Assembly: GCA_031835245.2 (NCBI GenBank) | Contig: JAVKOQ020000004.1 | Span: forward strand, 434,001 to 498,000 | DNA: 64,000 nucleotides | Reading direction: 5' to 3' | Source of the DNA: Balamuthia mandrillaris | Lineage: Eukaryota | Shown here: positions 22,777 through 38,237 of the stretch, one piece after another | Layout: every line of letters begins with the position of its first letter | Position numbering within the stretch: position 1 is the stretch's first letter | Translations under genes and position numbers: made by a program | The notes under the pieces: model-generated | Seen by the model: only the letters and a program-made list of their open reading frames with translations | The model's database searches: none | What the model was told of the DNA's origin: nothing

Positions 22777-25700
22777 TCAGTCGCTGTCAGAAGACGAGGA
22801 GGAGCTTTCTTCCTCTTCGTCTTTGGTTGAGGCTTGGCTATCCTCCTCTTCTTCTTCTTCTTCTTCTTCGGATTCGCTGCTGCTACTGTTTTCGCTGTCA
22901 TCCTCCTCTTGAGCCTTGGCTTCTTGTTCCGGATCTTTCTCTTCCTTTTGTTCCTCATTCTCGTCTTCTCTCTCTTCCGTTTCGTCTGCTTCCTCTGCTT
23001 CCTCCTCCTCGCTGCTACTGCTGCTCTCAACGGTTGAGGAAGAGTGCTGGTTTTCTCCTTCTCCCTCATCCTCTTCTTCGCTGCTACTTTCGTCGTCGCT
23101 ATCTTTATGCACCGTATTTACTTCTTCTCCGTCTTCTCTGCCTTCATTATTGCTGGGTTCTTCGGGTTTGTTGGTGCTTTCTTCCTCTTCCTGTTTCCTT
23201 GTTTCTTCCTCTATCTTGGCTATCTCTTCTTCCTGCTTCTTCGCTTCTTCCTCCTCGCCCAATTTGGACGCGGACTGCGTCTTTTCGGCCAGAGTGATTC
23301 TCCTCAGCCTCTCCTGCAACTTCTGTTCGACCTCGTTCATGGGAGGAGGCGAACCGCCCTGCGCCTCGCCTTTGTCAGGCGCAGTCGCTCGCCGCCGTAG
23401 GTGAGATGGCTGCAGAGAACCCGACCCTGTGCCATGCCTCTTCAACAAGTGAACACCAAAGCTGTTGCCACTGCCTGACTCACGGGCAGAGGAGGAAGTG
23501 GACGGGGTGGAGGAGCTGTCTGCTTGTTGGTCATGTTCTGCTCTGGTGGCCCTCAACTTGGGGAAGGAAAGCACTCCTTTCTCCTCGGGTTGGTTCTTCT
23601 TTTCCTCCGGGGGTGGTCCTGTGGAGACTTTCTTCAGCTCAAGGCAGCCAACACTGCCGAGAATCCAGGGCCAGAGTCGCTGGTGGAGGTGCCATTGCTG
23701 TTGTTGGTGTTGGGAGTGGTCTTCTTCAGCTGCACGTTGCCCAATCCTGCCAGCAGGTTACCTAAAGAAGGCGGTGCTGCAGCAGGGGCCGGCTTGGGTG
23801 GAGCGCTGCCAGAGGAGGGACGTTTTAGTGCAGCCAAACCGCCAGCGATCTTCAGAGGAGCGCCGCCTGCTGGTGGAGGTGGTGGAGGACCAGCCCCTGG
23901 AGGAGGCGGAGGAGCACCTCCTCCGCTGGGGGGTGGTGGGGGTGCTCCCATCGGTGGTGGTGGTGGCGCTCCTCCCATTGGTGGCGGCGGGGCAGCTGCA
24001 GCCATCAGAGGTGCTCCTGATCCAGCAGGGGTTGCCTTGGGATCCATCTCTCGCATGAGGTTGGTCATTGCCTCGGTGGCACGCTTCAGGGCGGTTACAT
24101 TAGGCTCCTCGGACCCGATGCAGAGGCGGTCAGCGCTGCGCAAACAATTACCAGCGCTGCTGCAGAATACCTTGACGTAAGGGTAAAGCCCTTCCCACAG
24201 TTTGGCGAGGGCCTTGGACTCGGCGGACAGCAGCTGAGCCTCGTCCTCTGCGCCTTTTTTGCCCGCAACAACTTCCTTTAGCTCGTTGTCGGTCTTCTCT
24301 ACAAAAGTTTTCAGGCCTTTCAAATCGTCAGTGCCCAGGCTGGCTATCCTCTTTTCTTTCCTGGTGGATATTTGGGAGCCAGAGGCAAAACTACCGATAC
24401 TGCTGCTGCTGCTATTTGAGGGATTCCAAAGAGCAAGACTTCTTCTCTTGGAGGAAGAAGTTGCCTTTCTTTTCTTGGCTTCCTCCTTCCGATCTACTGC
24501 TATGGTTGTGCCTGCCTTCTTTTTCTTCTTTTTCTTCGCCCCATCTGATCCTTTAGTTGCAGGCTTCTTTACTTTCTCTTCTTTGGAAAGTGCCTTTTCT
24601 CTTTCTTCCTTCTCCTTTTTCTCTTTCTCTTCTTTTTCTTTTCTTTCTTTTTCTTCACGTTCTCTTTGCTCTGCTTCTTCCTTCTCCTCCCTTTCTTTCT
24701 TTTCTCTTTCTTCTTGTTCCTTTCTCTCTCTTTCCTGGCGTTCTTTTATTTCTCTTTCTTCTTGTTCCTTTCTTTCTCTTTCCTCGCGCTCCTTTGTTTC
24801 TCTCTCCTCGTTTTCTTTCCTTAACCTTTCCTGCTCTTCTCGTTCTGCTTTTTCTTTCTTTTCTTGTTCTGCCTTGGCGCGAGCTTCGGCTTCTTCATTT
24901 CCTTTTGTCTCCCCTTTCTCATCTTCGTCTTCGCTTGAACTAGAACTTTCCTCGCTAGAAGAGTCTTCTTCATCGTCCCTTTGCTCTGGTTCAGCTGACT
25001 CTTTATCTTTTTGCTCTTTCTCTTCTTCTTTTATGTCTTCGGCTTCGCTTTGTTCCTTCTTCGCCGAGCCGTCAGCTTCTTCTGTTGGCATAATTGTTTC
25101 GGTAACTTGCTCTTCCTGCTTCTCTTCTTCTTTGGCTTTGATAAGCTGGCGAACTTCTGTTTCTTCCTTGCTTTCTGGGTCTTCTATTGTGCTCTTTTCT
25201 TCGCTTTCCGTTTCTTCCTCTTCTTTCTGTTCTACCTCTCCATTTGCGTTTGCATGTGTCTCGATATCTTCCTCTGTCTTATCGTCCTCGCTTTCTTCTG
25301 ACTCTGAGTCCTTCTGCCCTTCGGCCTGTGCCTCTTCAGTTGCTTTCTCCGTGGATTGCTCGTCGTCATCTCCATCGTCCTCTGACTTGTCTTCATCGGA
25401 GACATGCCCATTGGTAGTATGCGTGGACTCTTCAACCACCTTATGTTGTTCCTCTTCTTCAAGCTCGGATTGTTGCTGTTGTTGGACCTCTCGCTCTTGT
25501 TGGTTCTCTTCTTGGGCATCCTTTTCTTCGGTGGAAGTGCCCTCCTTGCGATTGGAGGAGGCTGTCCCTTTATCCTCGTCCTCGCTCTCTGACTCGGAGG
25601 AAGAGGAAGAAGACGAGTCACTGCTGGATTCGGCTTTTCTGCGAGCTGCGGCTTCCTCCTCTTCTTTCTTCTTTCTAGCTGCCTCTGCCGCTGCTGCCTT

Positions 25701-26288
25701 CTTCTCTGCCTCCTTTCTTTCCTTCTTCTCTCGTTTCCTTTCCTTTTCCTGTCGCTCCTTTTCTTCCCTCTCCCGCTCCTCCCTCTCTTTTTGGTCCTTT
25801 TCCTCCTTGGAGCGGGCGCTGGCCAGACTGGTTTGCTCCTTGTCCTTCTTCTTTTTCTTCTTGTCGCTGGTGGCTGCCTTGAGCTTCTTTCCAAAGGCAG
25901 CGCTGATGGTAGCCGCTTTTTTATCCTTCACCTTGCTGCCTCCTTTGGAGCTGCTGTGGTGTTGTCCGCTGGAGGTAGTTCTGTTTTTTTCTCTCACGGT
26001 GCCCCGCTCTTTCTTCTTGGAGGAAGGAGAGGAAGAGGCAGGAGAGGAAGAGGACTGGTTGTTACTTCGTCCTTTGGGGCTCTTGACCTTCTCCTTCTCT
26101 TTCTTGCCATTGGTGGCTCGTTTCAAGTCCAACTCGGGTTGTATCTCTGAGCCCTTGCTCTTTCCTACGCTGTTAAACTTTTTGGTCTTCTCCTTCTTCT
26201 TTGTGGCTTTCTTTTCGTCTTTCTCCCTTTCCTTTTCCTTGGGCTTTTTCTTTTTGTGCTCCTTTTTCAGCTTGCCCGAGCCGTCCAT
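22777..26288 (-). CDS. Large charged low-complexity protein with poly-proline and WH2-like LKK motifs (putative actin regulator), split by an apparent frameshift at ~23640
   Basis: K/E-rich N-half, a helical region, then PPPPMGGAPPPPP repeats, LLAGLGNVQLKKT, ELKKVST and FPKLRAT. Two long ORFs abut in different frames. Confidence 0.65.
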
Positions 26289-26927
26289 TCTTCAAGTCGT
26301 TTTCCACCACAAGAAACAACCTTTTTCTCGCTTCACAACTATGAAAAAGCTTTTCTGTGCGTGTTGAATACCAAAACTTATTCACTTATTGTACAGGTAG
26401 CGTGCTTTTACAGGCCTTTCGGTTCCAAGGTTGACAAGAGTGCAAATCCTCTGGTGGTCTCCTCCAAAGACACACGTATTTCGCCGTTTAGAAAAAAAAA
26501 TATATGGTCACTTCTCTACAGTCAAAGAGAAGACGACTTTTCTCGGGCAACCAACTCTCGTCAGCGGTTCCCCCCCACAGGCAGCGAAACCTGGACAGTT
26601 TTGTTAGCGCCGGGGCACCTCCCCCCCGTCCCACAAGAAAAAGGCAACTTATGGGAGGGTCGCCGATTAGTCCGAAGCTGTTTGGTTAAAAACGGGCAAC
26701 CCTCGTTTTGCTGAGATCTGATCGATTCTACCCGAACACGTCAGTATACCGTAAGGTTACGTCATATCTTCTACAAAAAGGAAAAGTCCAAATCAGCTTT
26801 TTGTCGACAAAATCCCTCCCCATTGCTTCCTCCGTTTCCTTTGCTACATTTTTTGTAGCAGTCTTCAGTTCACACACCACAACCAACGCGCACACAGCTG
26901 AGAGGGAGCGTGAAATAAGATACAAAG

Positions 26928-28223
26928 ATGGCATCCACCGATCAGTGGTTGTCGACCCTGTCCTTCGAGACCCTCTTCCAGGATTTCCTCCATTACCTGC
27001 GGAACGGCTCCCCCATGGATGAGACCATTCTCAACGTGTCCGCCGCGATCATGGTGCTCTGCTCCCTGCCCACTTTCCTCGCGCTGGTCTTTGGCACCGC
27101 CGCTCCCTACGGACGCTACGCCCCGGAAGCCAAGTCCATCGTGTACAAGCCGCAGCTCAATGCCAAGTTTGCTTGGTTCGTGCAAGAAGTACCTTCTTTC
27201 CTTGTTGCCGCTGCTCTCGGCTATTTTGGTTCGTTCCTTCTTGTACTCATTGTTCTTGTTCTTCTTTTTCTTTTTCTTCTTGTGCTTCTTGTCTGCTTAT
27301 TGGTGTTTTTCTGTTTGTACTGTTTGTTCTTGTTCTTGTTATTCTTCTTCTTCTTTCTTCTTTCTTCTTTCTTCTTTCTTCTTTCTTCTTTCTTCTTTCT
27401 TCTTCTTCTTCTCCTGCTTCCTTCTGCCTTCTGCCTTCTTCCTTCTGCCTTCTTTCTTCTTTCTTCTTTCTTCTTCCTGCTTCCTGCTCCCTGCTCCCTG
27501 CTTCCTTCTTCCTTCTTAGTTTCTTCTCACTCTTTCTTTAAAAAAAACAGGTAAAGAAGAATGCATGTCTTCGACGGTAAATCGCATTTTGTTGGGTTTG
27601 TACTTGACCCACTACTTCCAACGCTCCTTTATCTTCCCTTTCCTGATACGTGGAGGGAAGCCCACGCCAGTGTTGCTGTGCCTGATGGCTTTTGGCTTTT
27701 GCATGTGGAACGGCTTCCAACAGGGCCGCTACTTGACTCACTACTACACCTACGATGAGAGCTGGCTCTCTCACCCTATGTTCATTATCGGTACCTCTTT
27801 CTTTATCTTATTCTCTTCTTCTTCTCCTTCTTCTTCTTCTCCTCCTCCGTTTCTTCTCTTTCGTTTCTGTATCTTTCTAATATTTTTTTAACAATTCAAA
27901 TAGGAGTAATCATGTTCGTTTCAGGTATGGCCATCAACATCCACAGCGACCATATCCTGCGAAACTTGCGAAAGCCTGGAGAGCAGGGCTATAAAATCCC
28001 TCGTGGCGGCATGTTCGAGTACGTCTCTGGCGCCAACTTTTTTGGAGAGATTTTGGAGTGGGCAGGCTTTGCCGTGTGCAACCCCTCACCCCCGGCCATT
28101 GCCTTTGCCTTTTTCACCTTTTGCAACATTGGTCCAAGGGGCAAGCAGCATCATGAGTGGTACCTGAAGAAGTTTGAGAACTACCCCAAGGGACGCAAAG
28201 GGGTCATCCCTTTCCTTTGGTAA
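26928..28223 (+). CDS. SRD5A: 3-oxo-5-alpha-steroid 4-dehydrogenase (SRD5A/DET2-like), 3 exons
   Basis: APYGRY, AWFVQEVPSF, HYFQRSFIFPF, INIHSDHILRNLRKPG..YKIPRGGMFEYVSGANFFGEILEW, HHEWY, RKGVIPFLW*. Confidence 0.94.
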
Positions 28224-28351
28224 CAGAGAGAGACAAATCTTTTTTTCTTGTGTGTTTTTTTAATATTTATAATTCTTCACGGTTTAAGTTCATAGGAACT
28301 CCCATTTGACAAAAACCATCATCTTCGTTGCTCTCTAGGCTTCTCTCTCCG

Positions 28352-28407
<56 letters not shown>

Positions 28408-28907
28408 CACTGCGTGCACCCCAAGCAATGGATTATTTGGGATGTTTTATCAACAATCGAAAAAGTGTATCGACAACCACGACAAATAGTTGAACAAATT
28501 AAAATAATCCAATAAAAGAAAGGATAGGAAAGGAGATAGGAGATAGGAGCGAAAAAAAAACGGCGTGGAGCTGCACCCCACAAAGGTGACCACCAACAAA
28601 AAGGACCGACCTGAAGCATTGGGTGGTGGTGTCCTCTTTGGTGTCTTCTCTCTTGTCTTTTTTTTTTATTTATTCTTGACCAGTATACTTTTCTCTCTCT
28701 CTCCTCAGCTACATACTACACTCTGATCTTTTTTTTTTGTGAAAACATATCTTACCCATCTGAACCGCCACACAGAGATAGCTAACACCAAAAAAAAAAA
28801 ACCTAATCAAACAGAAGCTGGCACATCAGATCAAACTACGAAAAAAAAATATATACGCCAGAGAGAGAGAGAGAGAGGAGAACAAAAGAAACCAAAACCA
28901 TCCAAGA

Positions 28908-29522
28908 ATGTGGACTAAGCCACAAGGCTTACAACGCAAAGAACAACTGCGGTGGGTGCACGACGGTGGCGGCAGTGGTGGAAGTAGCAGCGCTGGCTCC
29001 GACTTCGCGCCCTCAAGCCGTCTCTGGCGGAACCACCCGCGCTGCAGCCAAAACGACTACTTCTTGTTGCAATGCAGCGGTGGCAGAGGAGAGGACGAGC
29101 AGGACCCTTTGCTGCGGGCGGAGGATCAGCTAAAGGAACGGCAGTGGCTGCCCACGTGGCGGATAGTCCTGTTGATGGCATCTTTGCGAGAAGGAGAGGA
29201 GGAAGAGGAGGTAGAAGAAGAGCAAAAGAAGAAAAAGAAGAAGAACAAGAAGAAAGAGAAAAAGGATAAACAAGAGAAAAAGAATGACAACAATGTGGCG
29301 GTTGTTGTGGCAGAGGCAGAGGAGGAGCAGTCCATTTTGGAGGCCTGGGCGTTTATTGAGGCCAACATCATGCCCAAGATAGAGCTCATTGTCATGGAGG
29401 AAGTGGAGGAGGCCAACCAGCGCCAACACAAATCGTCAGAGCAGTCGTTGGGGCAGAAAATCGACACTTTCCTTCTGCTACAGTTCCAGGTTCTTTTCTC
29501 CTCTTCGCCACGCTTTCTCTCC

Positions 29523-29553
<31 letters not shown>

Positions 29554-31225
29554 GCTTTCTGTCGTTGCATCTCTTTCGCTAACTCATCTCGACTCTCTCT
29601 CCTCTCTCATCACCTTTCTCTTTACTTACACGTGAAGATGCTGTACTTGAACGAGAGCAACGAGCAAATAGTACAACGGCAACAAGCGAGAGCCCGGAAG
29701 TCAGGCCCCAACATCACTCGCAACAACAATTCAAAAAGTTCCGTCCCTACCCCAACTGTCACTCCTGTCACTAAGGCCAAGTCAAGTGAACCCTCTCCTA
29801 GAAACGTGGATGATTCCTCTCCACCCAGCCCCAGCGACGAAGAAGTTATTACTGGTTCATTCTCTCAGTCTCTCTCTCTCACACACACTCTCTCTCATTC
29901 TCTTGCTTAGAATTACTAACCATGTGAGGTTTCCTTCCACAACATAGCATTTCCTTGTTCGTTGTGGGTAAAAATACGGTACAGAGGCGGCGAAATGACA
30001 GTACGCTACTCACACTTAACGTTCAGCTCGGTGGGCATGAAAGACGTGCTCGTTCGATTCATGGAGGTAACGGCCTTGACTAAGGAAACCTCGCGGATGG
30101 GAGTCTATAGAGACTCTCTTCGCATCAAGACCAAATCAGAGGAATTATTCTTTTCTGGGATAGAGAGGCGTGACGATGTCTATGAACTCCTCTCCCAGCT
30201 GTGGAACATCGACATGGAGAATAGGTTAAGAAAAGTGAAGAGAGGGACCAGTGCTTCGCTCGATTCTCCACGAACATCTTGCACCATGGAAGATGGAGCA
30301 CAACACCGCAACTCCATCGATCTCTCCTCTGATTATGACGAGGAAGAAGACGGTACCAGCGAGGACGATAGCATCTCAGTTGGAGCCATACACGCGGAGA
30401 AACACAACGGAAAGCCTCTAGAAAAATTTTCAGGAGAAGAAAGGCCACTATCATTGGGCAAGCTGGAACAACCAGAACAGCAACGGAAGGAAATGAAGGA
30501 ACAAAGAAGGAAAGAAAAGGACTTAGAAAAGAAAAAAGCAGCTCAGGATAATGAACGGGGCACAAACGCAAGCAGATATGAGTTGGGGGGTGATGGATTT
30601 GAGAAGAGGAATAAGTATGGCATTCCCAAGCTAGAAATGAGCTTTGTGGAAGGAAACAAGCGGGACTCCAAAAAGTTGGAATTAGCTGATAAAAACCAAA
30701 CCAAAGATAGCGAAGAGGAACAAATCAAACATAGCCGTGCTTCATCCCCGAAAGAGACCGAACTTAAGGGAGCAATGACAACGGAAGGTACTGTAGCACA
30801 ACGAGAATTGAACGCAAATAAGTCAAAGAAGGGTGAGAGTGATGATGATGATGATGATAAAGAAGGCTATGATGAGCGGCTGCGACAGAAGCCAGAAGAA
30901 GCAGCCAAACTCGTTGTGGAGAAAGACCGCATGGACCCAAACCTCAAGCCTCACGCGGAAAAAAAGGAAGCCTCTCGGCTGGAAAGTATGACTTATTCTG
31001 GTTCTCGTACTCATCGAGTGCTGTCGGTAAGTATCTCAGTTGCAATGTTTTGTTAAATCTTGTATTAAATAGCTGATCACAATCTCCATCTGCTCTCCTC
31101 TCTAGCGCAATGAAGCAGACGACGTAAGTGAATTACTTCGCTTTTTCTCCTCTCTCTCCTTGTTCTTCTTCCTCTTCTTTCTCTTTTTCTTGTTTTTCTT
31201 CTTCTTGTTCTTGTTCTTCTTCTTC

Positions 31226-31257
<32 letters not shown>

Positions 31258-32399
31258 CTTCTTCTTCTTCTTCTTCTTCTTCTTCTTCTTCTTCTTCTTC
31301 TTCTTCCAACTAATGCCGATCCGTTGGTTACTGTGAAGCTTTTAGCCAAAAAGAAATCTACGAAAGAGATTTTGGACTTACGGAAGAGAAACGAACACTT
31401 CCAAACCCTCTTCCATCTTCCCGCTGAAGAAGTGTTAGAGCTGAAGTTGGATTGTTCCCTGCGAGTCAAAAACATCTTTGTGGCTGGCAAACTCTACGTA
31501 TCTCCGGACTTTGTTTGTTTCCACTCTTTGCTTCCCGAAGACGAAAACGAAGAGAGGAACAAGCGAAGGAGTCTCGTACTCTCGCGGAATAGTGCTGGTA
31601 TCGGTGTTGTGGGTAATTACCTCCTTACCCTTGTCCCTATTCGTGTTGTCCTCATTTTTTTGTTTTTTGTAGTTGATATTCCTTCGTATGCTAATTTATC
31701 AAACATTGAATGCAACAAAAGACATAACGCAGGTGTTGGGTGGTGTGGTGATGGAAGGTATCAGTCAGTCTCAAGGTCTTATGAGACGCAGGATTAATGG
31801 GGAAGAGCTAACCCAGGTGGTCATACCCTTCACTGAGATTTCCGACATTGTGCTTCAGGACATTGGCTCTATTGGGAGCACTTATCGGCCTCACCTTGTT
31901 AATATCAATACTCGTCGCAACAAGGTTTCTCCCCCTCCTCTAATCGATTTTTATCTTCTCTCTCTAAATTTTTCCACATTTCTCTCTGCTGTCTCTCTCT
32001 TTTATCTAAATCTTCTCCTGCATCAGTTCCTTCTGTCTTTTCCAATCCCTCATGCCTATGAAAAATTGCTCCGTATGTGGAAAAATTGTTGTTTGGACCG
32101 TTCCTTTGAGGGTCATGTATTTGAAACAACAACAACAACAACAATTTCGTCTTCCTCTGCACCTCAGCATAAACAGCAAAACCAAAACAAGTCCGAAAGT
32201 GATGAAGACAGCAACGAAAACCCAGAAGGTGATGACAACAGTCAAGAGGCTAATGGTGATGAAAAAGAAAAAAGTGGCTCTCTGAGCCATCTTGCTTTCT
32301 CTCTAAGCACTTGGGGTGCTGCTGCTGCCAGCAAAGTTACCAACAAACGTGAATACCTAACCCTTCTCACTCTCTCACTCTCTCTCTCTCTCTCAGTCA

Positions 32400-32432
<33 letters not shown>

Positions 32433-33212
32433 CTTATATTTGTCCTCTTTTCTTTGCGTCTCTGACTATTGATATGTTATGCAGGAAATGCTCACTCATA
32501 TGGATTTGCACAATCACGTAACCGACGTCGCCCACGACAAACTATCAGCCTTGGTCATTTCATGCCATCAGAGGATGGCTCCTCTTCTACCCCCGACGAT
32601 CCGTCGGCTTCTTTGCTTCCTCATCAACGCCATTCCCCACGCAGAAAGAGCCGACCAACAGATTTATCACCTCGAGATTCTCTACAAGAACAACGGTGTG
32701 CTCCCTTTTCGTCCATGGATTGGAGGAATCCGGAACATTGGCGCATGTTCTTTGGAGAGGAGTTCAACCTTAGTGTCGACTTAGCGGCGGAGCATCAGAA
32801 GAGGGCGATGTGGAAGGAGTACTTTAGAGAGCACGGCATGGGAATAGACATGATAAAAACGCAGGAGTTCGCCCGGTTGATCAGGGAGGGGGTGCCCAAT
32901 GAGTTGAGATCCAAAATCTGGCAGCTTTGTTCGGGTTCCGTCTATAAGCCTATGACCCCCAAGCGAAAGGGTCACTATGATCAGCTCTGGGAGCAGTTTG
33001 CTGGAATGGAGTCATTGGCAACGGAGGAGATAGAAAAGGATCTTCATCGCTCATTCGATCACGCGTTTTATAGGAATGGAGGTCCAGGCATTAACTCTCT
33101 TCGCCGAGTCTTAACTGCTTATTCCTGGCACAGACCTTCCATTGGTTTCTTTTCTGCTTCTCTCTTTCTCTCTCAGTTCTCTTCCTGTTTCATACTAATT
33201 TCGCCTTCTATG

Positions 33213-33252
<40 letters not shown>

Positions 33253-34302
33253 CTCTTTTCCATGTTCTGATTTAATTTGCTGCAGGTTACTGCCAATCCA
33301 TGAATATCGTGTGCGCCGTATTTCTGCTCTTTCTCAACGAAGAGGAGGCGTTCTGGCTCTTATCCACAGTAGTAGACGAGATGCTCAAAGGCTACTACAC
33401 TAAGGAAATGCTGGGCTCTTGCGTGGACCAACGCGTATTTGAAGTGTTGTTTGCCGAAAACTTGCCTCGTCTTTATGCCCACATCAACGAGATTTTGCAA
33501 ATCCCTATCGCCTGGTTCTCTCTGCCATGGTTCCTCTGCCTGTTTATCGGCAAACTTCCACTCAAGTGCGTGCTTCGAATACTCGACTGCTTCTTTTGCG
33601 AGGGATCGCCATGCGTGCTCTTTCAGGTCGCTTTGGCCCTCTTCAAGATCACAGAAGTGGAAGTGTTGGCCATGGAGCAGGGAGAAGATGATGGCAGCGC
33701 TGTGCTTCACATCATGAGACAAAAGGCGGTGGCAGACCCGGAGAACCTCTTTAGAGTGGCTTTTGGGTCGAATGCCTTTCCAGGCACGCTCACCATGGAT
33801 AAGATCAATCAGCTTCGTAATTCCTACAAGTTGCAGGTAATCTTAGAGTTGGAGGAAGAGAAGAAGAAAGATCAGGAGTGGAAACGAAACGAGAGAAGAG
33901 CACGTCGCCTAAAGCGACAGCAACAACAGCAACAAAAACAACAAGAACTAGCTGTCAAAGCTATGCCTGCTGTTGTTGCTAATATGGAGGAAGATAGCGA
34001 AGTAGAGAACATGAAGGTAAGGAGTCACAAACGCAAGGGATCAAGACCTTCAGCCATCATGGCGCGTTCTTTGAGCGACGAAGGCGAAACTACCTTGTTG
34101 AATGGACTCGATAAAGACGGTGACGAATCGTCGGTGGCACCTGCTTCTGCGGCTATAGCTGTTGTTCCGCGCCATCATAGGAGAACTTCTTCCATTGAAG
34201 AAAAGAGGAGCTCGCCTGCTGTTGGCGTAGATCGCCGTGGTGGTAGCCCCTCGAAGGCTTGTCTGTCACAGGACTTACGAAGCGGTACTAGCTTCTGCTC
34301 GT

Positions 34303-34340
<38 letters not shown>

Positions 34341-36130
34341 GGTTATATTTGCTGAACATCACCGTGTTTGCCTGATCAGCGCGCAAGCGTTCAAAGTCGC
34401 TCCCTCCAACTCTTAGCTTTGGCCCAACTGAGAATGATGAAGACATAATAGAAGGCAACAGAAGAACCAAATTCCTACGGAGGAAACCAAAACTGCCAGA
34501 GCTCAGCTCCTCTGAAGGAATAACAGAGCTACCGACATCATACAAAAAATCTCGACAGCACCGACAATCTCAACAAAGAATGGCTGATGGAGGTGTACTT
34601 CCTTCGACTGCCAGCAATTCGGAAAGAGAGAATGAAGTGGCATTATTGAAGAATTTGTTGGCTGCCAAAGGCTTGGAGAATAAGAAGAACAAGAAAAAGC
34701 AACAAAAACAAAAGAAAGAGAAGGAAGACGAAATGGAACAGGAAGAATTTATGTTCGCTTCGCCCACCGATATTCGTCGAGGAAGAAGAGCTAGCAGAGA
34801 TGATACTGAGAGTGATGAAGATGACGACGACTACGACGACGATAGCGAACTAACTACCGACAGTGAAGATTCGTTATTCGATGACCGTCTATCAGCTTCT
34901 ACTTCATCATTGCCCAATCCCTCTACCGCTGCTCCTTCATCTACTGTTCCTCCTTCGCCTGTTCTTTCTCTTCCTCCTTCGTTATCTGCTTCTTCCATTG
35001 TGAGCAAAGAGAAGAAAGGTGAAAAGAAAGGCAAAGAACATGAAGCGGACCAAATAGATTACCTTTACTCAACCCCCACTTTCGCCGCCAGCGAAAGCCA
35101 ACTCCTCACCCGCACGTCTTCATCCTCTTCGATCATTACTCCCTCTTCTTCTTCCATAACACCTTCCTCCAAATCAGAAGGAGCAAAAATAGGAGGTGAA
35201 GCAGAAGGAAAAGAAGGAATGGGAGGAGAAACTTCTTCAAAAGCAACTGCCGCTGCTATAACACCTTATAGATTGAGGCTTGCCGACATGAAAGCTATGA
35301 AAAACTCTGGCATCTTCCCTAAGTTGGCACTCGTCCGAAAAGGCGCTTCCTACACCACTCATCTTGCTTCCTCTTCGTTCTCCACTGCTAAAGCCGCTGT
35401 TACTTCCACCGCCACCAGAACGACCTCGTTATTTAATGCTGCTGCGTCGTCTCCTTCTTCTCTGCCTTCTTCTGCTGCTTCTCCTTCTCTTCCATCTTCT
35501 TCCTCTTCTTCTCCTTCTCCCAGCGAGAATACTAATGCTCCCACCGCAGCTCCGTTCTCTTCGTGGTGGAAAAAAGTGCCCGTTCCAAGCACCCTATTCA
35601 CACCAAATTCATCCAACAACATCAGTAACAACGACACCTACAACAACAAAGCTCAACCACGTCTACAACCATCTTCTGCCGGAGAGGCTTCGCACTCGCC
35701 TGATGTCGCTCCACTTCGGGGTCGAGCCAGAACCCTTCATATCGTTCCACGCGTTGCCTTGACTGCCTCCCCACGAACTTCCTCCTCCTTTTCCTCTCCT
35801 TCCCTTTCCTCTCCTCATTCCGCTTCTTCTCCTCTTGTACCTACCATTATTACTAGCAGTTCTGCCATTTCTTCTTGCGCCTCCTCCACCTCTTCCTCTG
35901 CGGTTTCTTCTCCCTCGAATTCTTTTTCTTCGTTGGTGGATTTCAAAGGGGTGAAAGACGGAGAGATCGTCAAGGTTTTGTTTGAGGATGAGGATGGAAA
36001 CATTGTGGATACTCATACCGGCAGCTTGCTTCCTTCTCCTACTTCTTCCTCTGCTTCGTTTTCCTCCGTTCCTGCCTCTCCTAAGCTTCATCCTGACGGT
36101 GATGAAGAAGATGAAGATAGTTCCCCTTGA
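28908..36130 (+). CDS. TBC1D8/9-like Rab GTPase-activating protein (GRAM domains, TBC domain, long Ser-rich tail), multi-exon
   Basis: MWTKP..LW..NDYFLLQ N-terminus. GRAM: FQTLFHLPAEE..AGKLYVSPDFVCFHS. TBC: LIREGVPNELRSKIW, EIEKDLHRS, LRRVLTAYS, GYCQSMNIV, EEEAFWLL. Confidence 0.88.
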
Positions 36131-36392
36131 ACAGAATCCCTCTCTTTTTTTTTTCCTCTCCTGAAAAATACATTTTTCTTCTGTAATTAGATTATGTCGA
36201 TTATTGAATATTTTAATCGACAATCTGAAATATAGGACAATTTTTTACTAATTTGATGATTATCGACAATTTGTAAAAATGTTGTTCAAGATCAATAATT
36301 TTTGTTGACTTTGTCGATCATTTGATTAAATAATTGTTATTGAAAGAACAGCACGAGCACCGGCAAGTGGCTCCGAGGCCCAAGCAAAGCAT

Positions 36393-36776
36393 ATGGCCAT
36401 CCAAGTGGGAGAACGGAAGGAACGGATAGGCGAACTCACCCTCTCCGCCATCGAGCTGCTGGCCGCGATAGCCGCCATCGTGCTGGCCAGCATTGCCTTG
36501 GGCATAGCCACCAAGGAGAAGCCCTGCCAAATGGAAGACCTGGACGAGGACGACACCAAGGACAACAGCACCATGTGCGCCCCATTTACCGCCGACAAGC
36601 AGATATGCTGCGGGATGGACGATGCTGCGGTGCTGATAAACGCCGGGGTGGTGCAGCTCGCTAGCGTAATCTTCTTGGTGCTGGTCTTTCGTTTGGGATT
36701 GCAGGCTTGGCGCTATCACGAGGAACGGCTCCAAAGGAGAGCTGATGTCCAAACGCAGGGCACTAAGGGCCAGTGA
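36393..36776 (+). CDS. Small intronless two-TM protein with a Cys-containing loop, function unknown
   Basis: 127-aa ORF with GC3-rich coding-like codons between AT-rich flanks. Two hydrophobic segments flank a loop with 4 Cys. Confidence 0.6.
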   Translation: MAIQVGERKERIGELTLSAIELLAAIAAIVLASIALGIATKEKPCQMEDLDEDDTKDNSTMCAPFTADKQICCGMDDAAVLINAGVVQLASVIFLVLVFRLGLQAWRYHEERLQRRADVQTQGTKGQ

Positions 36777-36875
36777 AAGCCCATGCGTCTTTTTGTATCC
36801 ATCACCCCGCCAAGCGCTTCGTTTTACATCATAAAACTTTATAAAAAAAAATACATTGAACAAAGCGAAATGAAT

Positions 36876-38237
<1,362 letters not shown>

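Noticed and set aside
24259..26367. 702-aa + strand Ser/Phe-rich ORF
   Set aside because: It is the antisense shadow of the K/E-rich minus-strand gene.
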